The notes beneath the pieces were generated by a model. That model made no database searches. It was not told the DNA's origin and was given only the letters and a program-made list of their open reading frames with translations. Positions 28,806 to 39,517 of a DNA stretch of 64,000 nucleotides are shown in pieces. The DNA comes from Clostridia bacterium. GTDB lineage: Bacteria; Bacillota; Clostridia; Peptostreptococcales; Caminicellaceae. The DNA lies in contig JAKSBP010000285.1 in the NCBI GenBank assembly GCA_022361035.1, forward strand, positions 607-64,606, read 5' to 3'. How positions within the stretch are numbered: the stretch's first letter is position 1; every line of letters starts with the position of its first letter. The position numbers were made by a program, and so were the translations under genes.

Positions 28806-30083
28806 TTGATTAACATCATTATAATTCTGATTATAGTTTCTACCCTTATATTTTTAAAAATAAAACATTCAAATCTTTATAGTAAAATTAAATCAATTTT
28901 TTCAATTATAATAATTCTGATAATGGTCTTTTATATTGTTTTGTATCCTAGAGAAATGATTGATGCTACCCGTGATGGTATTATCCTGTGGGCTAATGTG
29001 GTTTTGCCATCTCTATTGCCTTTTTTTATTGGAGCCGAGCTCTTAGTTGGACTAGGAGTTGTGAAATTTATAGGAGTTCTTATAGAGCCAATTATAAGAC
29101 CAATATTTAATGTCCCTGGTGAAGCCTCATTTGTTTTCGCAATGAGTATTACCTCCGGTTATCCTATGGGTGTTAAATTAACTGCAGACCTAAGAAAAAA
29201 TAATATAATTAATAGAGGAGAAGCCCAAAGAATAATTTCATTCTGTAGTACATCGGGCCCCCTATTTATGATTGGGTCAGTAGCTATTGGAATGTTTAAC
29301 ACTCCCAGCATTGGACCATACATAGTGTTAGCCCATTACTTAGGTGCAATCACCGTGGGTATATTATTAAGATTCCTCAGCTCCGATGAAAAAGTAAACT
29401 ATAATAGACCTACTGGAAAAATTAATATTTTTAAAAAAGCTATTGCAGACATGTTAAAGGAAAGACAGAAGGATGGGAGACCAATAGGCACATTGCTTAG
29501 TAATTCTATTAAAGAATCTATATCCACATTAGTCTTAGTTGGCGGCTTGATTGTTACCTTTTCAGTTGTAACTAAAGAGCTTTATCTAATTGGCTTTGTA
29601 GATTATGTAACATCATCTATCAGATTTATTACCAAAGACTTTATTATAATTCCTGATGGTATGATTGAAGCCGTACTTACTGGAACTATTGAAATAACCA
29701 TGGGATGTAAAATTGCATCGGAAGCCTTAGAGATATCTCCCCTTTTACAGGTTACACTAGCTACAATGATAATCTCTTGGAGTGGTCTATCCGTTCATGC
29801 CCAAACAGCAAGTATAATTAATAATACAGATATAAATATAAATTCTTATATACTCTCAAAGTTTTTTCACTCTATTATTTCTGGTATATACGTTTATACA
29901 TTCTTAAAAGTAACCAATTTTACCTTTGACTCAACCCACAGAGCAGTCTTTTCTGAAGGAATAGAAAATGTACTTAATCATACATGGATAAGCAAATTAA
30001 TTTTTTCAAGCTATATGTTTATAGGTATATTCCTTACTTTAATAGTAATTGGGGTTTTTATAAACATACTCAAAAAGACTTAG
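28806..30083 (+). CDS. ylbJ: Sporulation integral membrane protein YlbJ-like
   Basis: Polytopic membrane protein with a nucleoside-recognition-like fold. Synteny with coaD/rsmD/ylbM matches the B. subtilis ylb cluster. TTG start after GGGAGGAAG. Confidence 0.7.
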   Translation: MINIIIILIIVSTLIFLKIKHSNLYSKIKSIFSIIIILIMVFYIVLYPREMIDATRDGIILWANVVLPSLLPFFIGAELLVGLGVVKFIGVLIEPIIRPIFNVPGEASFVFAMSITSGYPMGVKLTADLRKNNIINRGEAQRIISFCSTSGPLFMIGSVAIGMFNTPSIGPYIVLAHYLGAITVGILLRFLSSDEKVNYNRPTGKINIFKKAIADMLKERQKDGRPIGTLLSNSIKESISTLVLVGGLIVTFSVVTKELYLIGFVDYVTSSIRFITKDFIIIPDGMIEAVLTGTIEITMGCKIASEALEISPLLQVTLATMIISWSGLSVHAQTASIINNTDININSYILSKFFHSIISGIYVYTFLKVTNFTFDSTHRAVFSEGIENVLNHTWISKLIFSSYMFIGIFLTLIVIGVFINILKKT

Positions 30084-30529
30084 AGGTTCATATTTTTCAG
30101 TTCTTCTCTATTGACTTTTAGAAGACTTATTACCTCCAATGTATTTTTCTCTAGTTTCTCTAAAATATCATCGGCATATTGAATTGACGCAACCTTGATG
30201 TCCTTTGCACTTTCCTCAGATATAGAAATGATTCCTTCGGCTTTTTCCTTAGCCAACCTAACTATTTCATCCTTTTCAACTAGCTCTTCTGCTCTACTCT
30301 TGGCATTTTGGATTAATCTATCTGCTTCTTGCTGTGCCTCAACTAATATTTTATTTCGCTCCTCTTTAATCCATTGTGCTTGCTTAACCTCATCAGGAAG
30401 CTGAATCCTGATTTCTTTTATCAATTCAGTTATTTCATCCTTATCAAGTAAAACCTTACCGGAAAAAGGTATAGAAGACCCATTTTCAATCATATCTTCA
30501 AGGGTATCGATAAGATTTAATATATTCAT
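30080..30529 (-). CDS. Coiled-coil hypothetical protein (often annotated as an ATPase/V-ATPase subunit-H-like protein)
   Basis: 149-aa charged, helical ORF located downstream of coaD on the minus strand. Its function is not recognisable from the sequence alone. Confidence 0.7.
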   Translation of the reverse strand: MNILNLIDTLEDMIENGSSIPFSGKVLLDKDEITELIKEIRIQLPDEVKQAQWIKEERNKILVEAQQEADRLIQNAKSRAEELVEKDEIVRLAKEKAEGIISISEESAKDIKVASIQYADDILEKLEKNTLEVISLLKVNREELKNMNL

Positions 30530-30543
30530 AATATATCCTCCTC

Positions 30544-31017
30544 TTATAGCTTATTTGTCATTTTTTCAATGACAATATCTGGAACTAACTCTTTAATACA
30601 GCCTCCAAGTCTATGTACTTCCTTAACAAGGCTAGAACTTAAATAGGAATATTGACTATTTGTCATCATAAATAGAGTTTCAATGTCTTTATCAAGCTTT
30701 CTATTCATTAAAGCCATCTGAAACTCATATTCAAAATCGGAAACTGCCCTTAGCCCCTTTATTATTACATCCATGTTTTTTTCCTTTACATAATTTATTA
30801 GCAGCCCTGAAAAACTATCTATTTCAATATTGCTTATATCTTTAGTAACCTGCTTTATTATTGCAACCCTTTCCTCAAGATTGAACATAGGATTTTTATT
30901 TGGATTGTCGACAACAGCAACTATTACCTTATCAAAAACTTGAGCAGACCTTCTTATGATATCTAGATGGCCATTTGTTATAGGATCAAAGCTTCCTGGA
31001 TAAACTGCGTTTTTCAT
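30544..31017 (-). CDS. coaD: Phosphopantetheine adenylyltransferase
   Basis: [17 protein letters not shown]-terminus. Confidence 0.96.
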   Translation of the reverse strand: MKNAVYPGSFDPITNGHLDIIRRSAQVFDKVIVAVVDNPNKNPMFNLEERVAIIKQVTKDISNIEIDSFSGLLINYVKEKNMDVIIKGLRAVSDFEYEFQMALMNRKLDKDIETLFMMTNSQYSYLSSSLVKEVHRLGGCIKELVPDIVIEKMTNKL

Positions 31018-31018
31018 A

Positions 31019-31573
31019 TTATTCCTCCCTACAATAAAAGGAAACCATAGTAGTTCCGTATTTTTTTTCCTTAAATCTTACTAAACTCGCCCTTGTCCTC
31101 GGTAATATATCTTCTACATCATGCTCTATTACTATTATCCCTTCTACATTTAATAAATCTAGATTCATTATTTCCTCCAAACAAGGAATAATAAAACCTT
31201 TCAAATATGGTGGGTCCATAAAGATTATATCAAATTTTTCTTCAGCTTTACTAAGAACCTTTAAGGCAGAATATACATCTTTTATGATTGGTTTTATTTT
31301 ATCACTTAATTTTGTTTTGTAAATATTCTCTTTAATAATATCATAACATTTTTTATTTTTCTCTATCAAATATGCATTAGCTGCTCCTCGACTTACTGCT
31401 TCTATCCCTAGATTGCCCGTTCCAGAAAACATATCTAATACCCTTGATTCTTCTATGTATGGAGCTAATATATTAAAAATTGATTCCTTTACCTTGTCAC
31501 TTGTAGGCCTAGTGTTAGTACCCTTTAGGGCCTTTAATTTTATCCCCCTTGCCTCTCCACTTATTACTCTCAA
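31019..31573 (-). CDS. rsmD: 16S rRNA (guanine966-N2)-methyltransferase RsmD
   Basis: RVISG..RG..L......TRPT.D.VKE.IFN, FSGTG and FMDPPY. Confidence 0.93.
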   Translation of the reverse strand: MRVISGEARGIKLKALKGTNTRPTSDKVKESIFNILAPYIEESRVLDMFSGTGNLGIEAVSRGAANAYLIEKNKKCYDIIKENIYKTKLSDKIKPIIKDVYSALKVLSKAEEKFDIIFMDPPYLKGFIIPCLEEIMNLDLLNVEGIIVIEHDVEDILPRTRASLVRFKEKKYGTTMVSFYCREE

Positions 31574-31662
31574 TTTATATTGCTCCTTTCACGAATATAT
31601 TTTAGCACAAATGTAAAATATGAACAAATGATTATTTATACTATTTACCTACTTTTTTTATA

Positions 31663-31702
31663 AAAAAAGAAGAGGTAGCAAAGTTACTACCTCTTCTTTT
31701 TT
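31663..31702. terminator. Bidirectional-looking terminator after the SASP gene
   Basis: aaaaaagaagaggtag / ctacctcttctttttt 16-bp stem with A and T runs on both sides. Confidence 0.85.
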
Positions 31703-31708
31703 ATTTTA

Positions 31709-31906
31709 TTATTGACCTGACATTTGTCTTTCTGCCATTTCTACTAATCTCTTAGTCATGTAACCACCAACGTAACCATTTTGTCTAGCAGTTAAATTTC
31801 CCTTATCAGTTGTTTGATAGTTTGCTAATCCAAGCTCGTTAGCAATTTCATGTTTCATTTGATTAAGTGCTTGTCTTGCTTCTGGAACTACTTTTCTATT
31901 AGCCAT
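31709..31906 (-). CDS. Small acid-soluble spore protein, alpha/beta type
   Basis: MANRKVVPEARQALNQMK.EIA.E.G........G.LT.RQNG.VGG.MTKRLV. ATG at 31906 after AGGAGGTG. Confidence 0.93.
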   Translation of the reverse strand: MANRKVVPEARQALNQMKHEIANELGLANYQTTDKGNLTARQNGYVGGYMTKRLVEMAERQMSGQ

Positions 31907-32097
31907 TTTTTTCACCTCCTGTACTATTAATTTCTCCAACATGTACAAGGGATATTCTAGTAATTTTTTCTATTAATGTTAACTTAGACTAACTATTTTT
32001 ACAGGAGGAAGTATTATATAAAAATATATTTATAATTTTTAAAATTTCAACTGAGATTTTATTGTTTCTTTCCAAATAAAGGACTATACCAGTTCCT

Positions 32098-34155
32098 TTA
32101 TATTGAAAAATCCTTAAATAAATCTCCAAACAATTCTTTAACCTTTAATTTCAAATGAAACTTTTCATCAGAATTTAATAATTTATAGTTTTCTAAGGTA
32201 TTAAATGCCTCTTTTTGGGCCTTGGCTAATATATCTTTATGCTTAAATATATCGGCTATTTTTAATTCAGGTAGTCCATGTTGTTTAGTACCAAAAAAAT
32301 CACCTGGCCCCCTTAGTTCTAAATCTTTCTCTGCAATAATGAATCCATCATTAGTTTTTTCCATGGTTTCCATTCTTTTACGAGTAGCTTCACCCTTACC
32401 TTCGCTCACAAGAAAACAATAGGATTGGAAATTTCCTCTACCTACTCTACCTCTAAGTTGATGAAGTTGGGCCAAACCAAATCTCTCAGCATTTACTACT
32501 GTGATTATTGTTGCATTGGGAACATTAATACCTACTTCAATAACCGTAGTAGAAATTAACAAATCAATTTCCCCTTCTTTAAATCTTTTCATAATATTAT
32601 CCTTCTCATCTGAGCTCATCTTCCCATGAATTAAAGCTAGATTCCATGGATTAAATAGGGATTCCCTTAAATTATTATACAACTCCAAGGCAGACTCAGC
32701 GTCAATTTTTTCAGATTCTTCAACCAACGGGCAAACAATATAACCCTGCCTTCCTTTTTTAAGCTCTTCTTTAATAAAATCATAAACTTTATCAATTTTA
32801 TTTTTTACTACATGATAGGTCTTAATATCCTTTCTTCCCGGTGGAAGCTCATCTATAATTGATATATCTAGATCACCATATAGAATTAACGAGAGCGTTC
32901 TTGGAATAGGAGTAGCTGACATTACTAATACATCTGGATTTTCTCCTTTTTTCTTAAGAAAACTTCTTTGCCTAACTCCAAATCTGTGCTGTTCATCAGT
33001 AACAACTAACCCTAATTTTTTAAATTGGACCTTGTCCTGTATCAGGGCGTGGGTCCCCAAAATTATATCTATATTACCCTCACTAATATCCTTTATTACA
33101 TCTTCTTTATTTTTAACGCTTCTTGATAATATCCCAACTTTAATTCCTAGGGGTTCTAACAGGCTTTTAAAACTATTATAATGTTGTTCTGCCAATATTT
33201 CTGTTGGTGCCATCAAGGTACTTTGATAACCATTTAAAGATGCAAGATACATAGCAAGCAGTGCAATAATAGTCTTACCTGAACCTACATCCCCTTGAAT
33301 AAGTCTATTCATCTCCTTGGGTTCTTTCATATCTCCCAAGATATCATTAAGGGTATTTTTCTGAGCCCTTGTCAAGTTAAAGGGTAGGCTTTCAATTAAA
33401 TGATGAAACTGAGGTAAAATTTGAAACTCTATTCCATCACTACTTTTTAAGTATTTTTTCTTTATCATTATTAATCCAAGCTGCACAAAAAATAGTTCTT
33501 CAAAAACTAGTCTGTATTTTGACACCTTTAAAGCCCTAGAAGATAAGGGGAAATGAATATTTTTTATTGCATAATTTATATCACACATCCTATTGCTTTT
33601 AAAAACTATTTTTGGTAAATACTCCTTAATCATTATAGATTCTTCAAATAAGATATGTTTTATATAATTTGTTATTTCTTTTTGTGTTAACCCTTTAGTT
33701 AAGCTGTATATTGGTCTTATTCCGCAAAAACTCTCTAGGCTGCCTTCTTTAATATTACAATATTCTGGATGGCTCATTTGTATCTCTCCACCAGCCATAT
33801 GTATACTTCCATAAAAATAAAAGCTTTCATTTCTTTTGAAAACCTTCTTTAAAAACATAGAATTAAAGAAGGTTATATAAGCTCTTCCAGTATTGTCCTT
33901 AATAGGTATTTTTAAAATCTTCATCCTACTTCTTGTTCTTATCTCCCTGGCTTCTCCACAAACAGTTCCAATTATTGTTGCCTTTTCCATATGACCCACT
34001 GAATCCAATGATTTGGCCTTTTCTCTATTTTGATAGCCATTAGGGTAGTAATATAGTAAATCTATAATTGAAAATATATTTAATTTTGAAAACAAGACAC
34101 ATTTCTTAGGCCCTATTCCCTTGATTTTTGAAATTGAATCCCTTAAAGATAACAT
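32098..34155 (-). CDS. recG: ATP-dependent DNA helicase RecG
   Basis: Wedge domain, then [15 protein letters not shown] and helicase C motifs (QLRGRVGRG). ATG at 34155 after GGGGTG. Confidence 0.96.
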   Translation of the reverse strand: MLSLRDSISKIKGIGPKKCVLFSKLNIFSIIDLLYYYPNGYQNREKAKSLDSVGHMEKATIIGTVCGEAREIRTRSRMKILKIPIKDNTGRAYITFFNSMFLKKVFKRNESFYFYGSIHMAGGEIQMSHPEYCNIKEGSLESFCGIRPIYSLTKGLTQKEITNYIKHILFEESIMIKEYLPKIVFKSNRMCDINYAIKNIHFPLSSRALKVSKYRLVFEELFFVQLGLIMIKKKYLKSSDGIEFQILPQFHHLIESLPFNLTRAQKNTLNDILGDMKEPKEMNRLIQGDVGSGKTIIALLAMYLASLNGYQSTLMAPTEILAEQHYNSFKSLLEPLGIKVGILSRSVKNKEDVIKDISEGNIDIILGTHALIQDKVQFKKLGLVVTDEQHRFGVRQRSFLKKKGENPDVLVMSATPIPRTLSLILYGDLDISIIDELPPGRKDIKTYHVVKNKIDKVYDFIKEELKKGRQGYIVCPLVEESEKIDAESALELYNNLRESLFNPWNLALIHGKMSSDEKDNIMKRFKEGEIDLLISTTVIEVGINVPNATIITVVNAERFGLAQLHQLRGRVGRGNFQSYCFLVSEGKGEATRKRMETMEKTNDGFIIAEKDLELRGPGDFFGTKQHGLPELKIADIFKHKDILAKAQKEAFNTLENYKLLNSDEKFHLKLKVKELFGDLFKDFSI

Positions 34156-34214
34156 CTTAACACCCCATAACAACAAAACAGAATATGAAATTTATTACAT
34201 GCCAAAAACATCCT

Positions 34215-35831
34215 CTATTCAATGGAAAAAATATAATAATACAAGGGTTGCCCACCATAATATAATTCCACATCTAAATCAGGATACTCTTCCTCGACTA
34301 AGGAAGAAATTTGATTTGCAGCATCTTCACTTATTTCATCTCCGTAATAAATAGTAAGTATTTCATGGTCATCAGTAATTGTTTCCTTTAAAGTATCTAT
34401 TGCTACAGAAGATATATCATTACCCACCATAACAATATCCCCATCACAAATACCTATTATATCGTCTTTATTTATTTCTAAACCATTAAATTTAGAATCT
34501 CTTACAGAATATGTTACTTGTACAGTTTTTACACTCCCTAATACATTTATCATATTTCCTTCATTTTCTTCAATGCTAGAATTTGAATTAAATTGCAACA
34601 TTGAAGCTATTCCTTGAGGAACATCCTTAGATGGAATAACAATTACGTTCTTACGACTTAATTTTTTTGCTTGGTTAGCAGTTAAAATTATATTACTATT
34701 ATTAGGTAAAATAAAAATATTTTCCGCATTAATATCATCTATGGCCTTTAATATATCTTCTGTGCTAGGATTCATAGTTTGGCCACCTTCAATAACTTTA
34801 TCAACATTTAAATCCTTAAAAATATTGCTTAAACCTTCACCCATAGCTATGGAAATAAAACCGTATTTCTTAAAATCCTTCTCTACAATTTCATCAGCCA
34901 TGACTATATGACTATGTTGGTGTCTCATATTATCAATTTTTACATCAATTAATTCTCCCATATTAAGTCCATATTCAATCACTTTTCCAGGATTGTTTGT
35001 ATGAATATGAACTTTAATTAAGTCATCGTCTCCAACTACTAAAAGGCTATCTCCAAACCCTTTGATTTTTGTCTTAAGCTTTTCAGTATTCAATTTATTT
35101 CCTTGTACCATGAACTCAGTACAGTATCCAAACTCAATATTGTCATGGGTAAGCCCTTGAATATGGGCAGCTTCATTAGGTTTCCATTCCTCCAACTTGA
35201 CCAATTTTTTGCCAGAGAGTACTTCCCAAAATCCCCTTAAAATAAAAACTAAGCCCTTACCACCTGCATCGACAACCCCTGCTTGTTTCAAAACATCTAA
35301 CATTTGTGGAGTTCTATCGAGGACAGATTCAATATGTAAAATGATTTCATAAAAGAAATCACTTAAATCAATATCTTGATTTGATAATTCCACAGCTTTT
35401 TCACTAGCTTCCCTAATGATAGTAAGAATAGTACCTTCAATCGGCTTCATTACTGCCTTATAAGCAGTATTTGAAGCTTCTGTAAGGGCATTGGCAAAAT
35501 CTACTTTTGTAAGGATTTTCTTTTTTCTACAACCCTTTTCAAATCCCCTAAGTATTTGCGATAATATAACCCCTGAATTTCCCCTAGCCCCCATTAGAGA
35601 ACCCTTCGCTGCTGATTTTGAGATGTTTGAAATAGAAGGATTTTTGATTTTCCAGATCTCATTTACTGCTGATTCAAAGGTTAATGCCATATTTGTCCCT
35701 GTATCACCATCGGGAACTGGAAAAACGTTTAACGAATCTATAACATCACGATTCATATATAGTAAGCTATTACCTTGTATAAACATTTTCTTGAGTACTT
35801 CACCATTTATTTGCTTTGTCTTCAAGGTCAA
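34215..35831 (-). CDS. DAK2 domain fusion protein (YloV-like)
   Basis: PVPDGDTGTNM motif; DAK2 N-terminus plus a DegV-like C-terminus; conserved next to asp23 and recG. Confidence 0.9.
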   Translation of the reverse strand: MTLKTKQINGEVLKKMFIQGNSLLYMNRDVIDSLNVFPVPDGDTGTNMALTFESAVNEIWKIKNPSISNISKSAAKGSLMGARGNSGVILSQILRGFEKGCRKKKILTKVDFANALTEASNTAYKAVMKPIEGTILTIIREASEKAVELSNQDIDLSDFFYEIILHIESVLDRTPQMLDVLKQAGVVDAGGKGLVFILRGFWEVLSGKKLVKLEEWKPNEAAHIQGLTHDNIEFGYCTEFMVQGNKLNTEKLKTKIKGFGDSLLVVGDDDLIKVHIHTNNPGKVIEYGLNMGELIDVKIDNMRHQHSHIVMADEIVEKDFKKYGFISIAMGEGLSNIFKDLNVDKVIEGGQTMNPSTEDILKAIDDINAENIFILPNNSNIILTANQAKKLSRKNVIVIPSKDVPQGIASMLQFNSNSSIEENEGNMINVLGSVKTVQVTYSVRDSKFNGLEINKDDIIGICDGDIVMVGNDISSVAIDTLKETITDDHEILTIYYGDEISEDAANQISSLVEEEYPDLDVELYYGGQPLYYYIFSIE

Positions 35832-35838
35832 CCCTCCC

Positions 35839-36198
35839 TTAAACTTCCTGAACTCTTATTCCTTCAACATTGATATTTACCTTATTAACCTTCATACCAG
35901 TTTGATTTTCTATATTGTATTTAACCTTACTTATTATATTATTGCCAACTACTGAAAGTTTTGTACCAAACTGAACTATAACATATAAATCGATTATTAT
36001 TGAATTTTCTTCTAAATGAATTTTTACTCCCCTATCCATATTATCTTTCTTTAATAGTTTAACCAATCCATCGGTAGCAGATTTTGACGCCATACCGACA
36101 ATACCATAGCATTCCATAGCAGAAACTCCTGCGATTGTTGAAAAAACATGGGTACTTATATTAATTGTACCTATTTTATTTGTAATTTTTGCTGACAT
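35839..36198 (-). CDS. Asp23/Gls24 family envelope stress protein (YloU-like)
   Basis: 119-aa ORF with Asp23-family features (I...V...A..A...C.G.VGM); GGGAGG SD. Confidence 0.88.
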   Translation of the reverse strand: MSAKITNKIGTINISTHVFSTIAGVSAMECYGIVGMASKSATDGLVKLLKKDNMDRGVKIHLEENSIIIDLYVIVQFGTKLSVVGNNIISKVKYNIENQTGMKVNKVNINVEGIRVQEV

Positions 36199-36426
36199 TT
36201 ATTAAACCTCCCTTTTAACTTCTCTCAGCTTTATCTTAAATTATAAATTATTCCATAAATAGATATCTAAGCTATTCCTCCCTTTTAACTTTATCTAAAC
36301 TAGTTTATTCAGTTTTTTGTTAGTATTATGTTTTATGTTTATACATATTATATTTTATAGTAACATAAAATTATATTCAATTAAATACAAAAAAATAGCA
36401 ATTTAATAGAATAATTTATATTTTTG

Positions 36427-36456
36427 TTGCATTGTTCATAAATAATGTGATAAAAT
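36427..36456 (+). promoter_or_regulatory. Candidate rpmB promoter
   Basis: TTGCAT, an 18-nt spacer, then TAAAAT with TGA immediately upstream (extended -10-like). Confidence 0.45.
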
Positions 36457-36503
36457 AAATATTGTTTTCCTAGGATAATTAATCACTCGAGGAGGTGTTA
36501 TAT

Positions 36504-36695
36504 ATGGCAAAAGAATGTGCAGTATGCGGAAAAGGTAAAGTATCTGGAAATAAAGTTAGCCACTCAGTTCGTCGTACTAGAAGAACTTGGGCTCCTAATA
36601 TCAAGAAGGTAAAGGCAATCGTTAACGGTTCACCTAAGAGGATAACTGTTTGTACTAGGTGTTTACGTTCTGGTAGAGTTGAAAGAGCTATCTAA
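36504..36695 (+). CDS. rpmB: 50S ribosomal protein L28
   Basis: MAKECAVCGKG...GN.VSHS..RT.R.W.PN; ATG after GAGGAGGTG. Confidence 0.96.
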   Translation: MAKECAVCGKGKVSGNKVSHSVRRTRRTWAPNIKKVKAIVNGSPKRITVCTRCLRSGRVERAI

Positions 36696-36707
36696 TCTAA
36701 TTAATTA

Positions 36708-36740
36708 AGGCCTACTTACTTTGTAGGCTTTCTAGTTTTT
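36708..36740 (+). terminator. Terminator after rpmB (also faces small membrane-protein gene B)
   Basis: aaggcctac / gtaggctt stem followed by TCTAGTTTTT. Confidence 0.7.
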
Positions 36741-36752
36741 CAAAGTCTTAAT

Positions 36753-36929
36753 CTAACATAAAAATAATTTATATCCCACTATAATTAGTATAATCCCTAA
36801 TATTACAATCCACAAGCTGTATGGAAGTAGTATAACAGCTACTATTGTGGAACCTATAGCTACTAATATAATACCTAGTATCTTATCATTTTTTATCCTT
36901 ATCTTAAAAAGTCTTTTTTTAAAACCCAT
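36753..36929 (-). CDS. Small two-TM membrane protein B (58 aa, not in the ORF track)
   Basis: My translation is MGFKKRLFKIRIKNDKILGIILVAIGSTIVAVILLPYSLWIVILGIILIIVGYKLFLC. GAGGTG lies 5 nt upstream. It starts 18 nt after the stop of protein A. Confidence 0.6.
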   Translation of the reverse strand: MGFKKRLFKIRIKNDKILGIILVAIGSTIVAVILLPYSLWIVILGIILIIVGYKLFLC

Positions 36930-36947
36930 TAGAACACCTCATATTCC

Positions 36948-37106
36948 TTATAAATATAGGAAAAAAATAATAAAAAAAAGTATTATCAATAAAAATAATA
37001 GTACATACCAAAATTGTAAAGGAATAAATTCTATTACTATTATTGCACCTGCTAACCCTAGAATTACGCCAAGAATTTTCCGCATCAAAATCTTCTTACG
37101 TATCAT
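36948..37106 (-). CDS. Small two-TM membrane protein A (52 aa, not in the ORF track)
   Basis: My translation is MIRKKILMRKILGVILGLAGAIIVIEFIPLQFWYVLLFLLIILFFIIFFLYL. GGGAG lies 8 nt upstream of the ATG. It is paralogous to the next ORF. Confidence 0.6.
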   Translation of the reverse strand: MIRKKILMRKILGVILGLAGAIIVIEFIPLQFWYVLLFLLIILFFIIFFLYL

Positions 37107-37162
37107 GACAATCACTCCCTAGGTTTATTAATATATATTATTCCTGTTAACAATTTTATGAC

Positions 37163-37188
37163 ACAAAAAACACCTGCACCTATGCAAG
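37163..37188 (-). terminator. Second terminator-like hairpin upstream of the small membrane-protein pair
   Basis: Minus strand reads cttgca-tagg-tgcagg followed by TGTTTTTTGTG. Confidence 0.5.
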
Positions 37189-37226
37189 TATTTTTATAGA
37201 TTTACAAGTTACAGACTTCATTCTTC

Positions 37227-37255
37227 AAAAAAATCCCCTGAATCTTGGGGCTTTT
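37227..37255 (-). terminator. Terminator after thiN
   Basis: Minus strand reads aaaagcccc-aagattca-ggggattttttt. Confidence 0.65.
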
Positions 37256-37306
37256 GAAATCCATAGCTTATAATTATCCATAGGACTAAAGTTCCCTTTA
37301 GTATTC

Positions 37307-37951
37307 CTAGTCCCTAGTCTTCATAACAAGGAGCAACCCCTCTTTAATCCTTACTTTTGCCCTATTCTTAATGAATTCATTGCTAATACCTATAGAGGAA
37401 CCTAGTGGGATTTCCGCATCAATTAAAGGGTATTTTAAACCTTCAAGATTAATACCTTTAACTTTATAGGATAGTGGAATAAGGGATATATAATCCTTTT
37501 CTCCACCAGTTAAAGACAACTCATTAATCCTACTATTTAAAATATATATTTCATTATTTTCATTAATTACCCTCCCCTTTATTCCCTTGTCTAAAAGTTT
37601 TTTCAATAATGTTATATTCCCTATTGAATGGTCCATCCTATTTCCAATTACACCTAGAAGGACTACTTCAGAAGGGTTGAGAGACATAGCGAAGTCAAGG
37701 GCTAACTCAGTATCAGTGGCGTTTTTATTCCTAGGAAATTTTAAAAACTCTACCTTCTTTTTTAGAAAAAACTTTTTAGTCTTTTCATCAATAGAATCTA
37801 AATCGCCAATTATCACCCTTGGAGTGATATTCATTCTCACTAAATGTTTTGCACCACCATCGACACAAATAATATAATCTGTATTTTCAATTATCTTACT
37901 ATAATAACTATAATTCAAAATATTTCCATTAGCAACTATTGTACATTTCAT
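37307..37951 (-). CDS. thiN: Thiamine diphosphokinase
   Basis: CVDGGA......I.P...IGDLDS and the TPK C-terminal B1-binding domain; position after rpe. Confidence 0.9.
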   Translation of the reverse strand: MKCTIVANGNILNYSYYSKIIENTDYIICVDGGAKHLVRMNITPRVIIGDLDSIDEKTKKFFLKKKVEFLKFPRNKNATDTELALDFAMSLNPSEVVLLGVIGNRMDHSIGNITLLKKLLDKGIKGRVINENNEIYILNSRINELSLTGGEKDYISLIPLSYKVKGINLEGLKYPLIDAEIPLGSSIGISNEFIKNRAKVRIKEGLLLVMKTRD

Positions 37952-38622
37952 TATTTATTCACCAAAGCTCCTTTAAATTTTTCTTTAAAGGCTTTAACAT
38001 TTTCCTTAACATTATTACCAGTAAATACCGCAGATCCAGCTACAATTATGTTAGCTCCCGCCTCTATCACACTCTCTACATTATCTATCTTTATACCACC
38101 ATCAACTTCTATATCAATATCTAACCCTCTATTATCTATCATTTTCCTAAGTCTGCTTATTTTTTTCAGAGAGCTTTCTATAAATTTTTGTCCTCCAAAT
38201 CCTGGATTAACAGACATAATTAACACCATATCTAACTCTTCAAGAATCTCCTCAATTGTATATAAGGGGGTTGCAGGATTTAAAGAAACAGATGCCTTTA
38301 CACCATGGGACTTAATATTTTGTATAGTTCTGTGAAGATGATGACAGGCCTCAACATGCACAGTTAAAATATCTGCACCTGCCTGAGCAAACTTTGTAAT
38401 ATATTTATCAGGCTCCTGAATCATAAGATGTACATCAAAGGGTAAAGAAGTTTTGCCCTTTATGCTATTTAATACAACTGGCCCTAAGGTAATATTCGGG
38501 ACAAAATGGCCATCCATCACATCTATATGTAAAAACTGGGCTCCAGCTTCTTCTACATCGATAATATCATTTAAAAGGTTTGCAAAATCTGCTGAAAGTA
38601 TGGAAGGAGCAAGTTTTATCAT
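37951..38622 (-). CDS. rpe: Ribulose-phosphate 3-epimerase
   Basis: [29 protein letters not shown] and VDGG motifs. Confidence 0.96.
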   Translation of the reverse strand: MIKLAPSILSADFANLLNDIIDVEEAGAQFLHIDVMDGHFVPNITLGPVVLNSIKGKTSLPFDVHLMIQEPDKYITKFAQAGADILTVHVEACHHLHRTIQNIKSHGVKASVSLNPATPLYTIEEILEELDMVLIMSVNPGFGGQKFIESSLKKISRLRKMIDNRGLDIDIEVDGGIKIDNVESVIEAGANIIVAGSAVFTGNNVKENVKAFKEKFKGALVNK

Positions 38623-38624
38623 AT

Positions 38625-39506
38625 CTAATACCTCCTATTTCTCGTCTCTTGAATCTGTTCTAAGAAGTAAACATAATTATTATACCGATTCTGTTTTATA
38701 TACCCTTCTTCTAAGCCTTTCTTTACTCCGCAATCGGGCTCGTTTATATGAAAACAGTTACTAAACTTACAGTTCTCTAAAAATGGTTTGAATTCTGGAA
38801 ATAAATATCCTAGTTCTTCCGCATCAATATAATCAATACTTAAGGATGTAAATCCAGGAGAATCAGCCACCCACCCTCCACAGGCTAGCTGAAGAAGCTC
38901 AGAGTGACGTGTTGTATGCTTTCCTCTTTTTATTTTACTGCTTATCTCACCAGTTTTAAGCTCTAATCCCGATTGGACTTGATTTAATATACTTGATTTT
39001 CCAACTCCAGATGGTCCTGCAAACACGGATATTTTATCCTTTAATATCTCTTTAATCCTTTTAATCCCAATATTCTCTTTAGTACTGCAGGGTATCACTT
39101 CATATCCAGCAGTTTCATAAATTTCTGATATTTCCTTAAGTAATTTATCATCATTGAGGTCAATTTTGTTGATACATATTTTTAATTCAAGATTATGATA
39201 TTCCGACATAATTAAAATCTTGTCTAATAATGTAAAATTAGGGTCAGGATTTTTTAAGGCAAAAACAATTATAGCTTGCTCAACATTTGCAATAGGGGGT
39301 CTTACAAGTTCTACATCTCTATCAAGAATATGGTCAATCACCCCTTGGTTTATATTTTCATCGAAGGTAAATAATACATAATCACCTACCAAGGGGGTAA
39401 TTTTTTTATTTCTAAATTTACCCCTGGCTTTACATTCATAAATATTATTTTCATAGCTTATATAGTAAAATCCTCCTATTCCTTTGACTATAATGCCTTT
39501 CTTCAT
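38625..39506 (-). CDS. rsgA: Ribosome small subunit-dependent GTPase A
   Basis: OB-fold N-terminus, [13 protein letters not shown] and the C-terminal zinc-binding motif C.F..C.H..EP.C. Confidence 0.95.
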   Translation of the reverse strand: MKKGIIVKGIGGFYYISYENNIYECKARGKFRNKKITPLVGDYVLFTFDENINQGVIDHILDRDVELVRPPIANVEQAIIVFALKNPDPNFTLLDKILIMSEYHNLELKICINKIDLNDDKLLKEISEIYETAGYEVIPCSTKENIGIKRIKEILKDKISVFAGPSGVGKSSILNQVQSGLELKTGEISSKIKRGKHTTRHSELLQLACGGWVADSPGFTSLSIDYIDAEELGYLFPEFKPFLENCKFSNCFHINEPDCGVKKGLEEGYIKQNRYNNYVYFLEQIQETRNRRY

Positions 39507-39517
39507 TCAATTCCTCC

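Noticed and set aside
31907-31990. Forespore (sigma-G/sigma-F) promoter upstream of the SASP gene
   Set aside because: One is expected biologically. However, I could not place a GNATR -35 and a CATNNTA -10 with the required 17-18-nt spacing with any confidence, so no feature is called.
35491-35955. 154-aa plus-strand ORF, together with similar long antisense ORFs at 37844..38335, 25873..26334, 2543..2956, 49611..49985, 24976..25317, 12056..12373 and others
   Set aside because: Each lies entirely antisense to a well-recognised conserved gene. All have the S/F/L/I-rich low-complexity composition typical of shadow frames in AT-rich genomes, and none has an SD. I treat them as non-coding.
36847-37122. 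91-aa plus-strand ORF between rpmB and thiN
   Set aside because: It has no SD and an odd K/I/N/P-rich composition. The opposite strand carries two SD-preceded paralogous membrane-protein ORFs that explain the open frames better.
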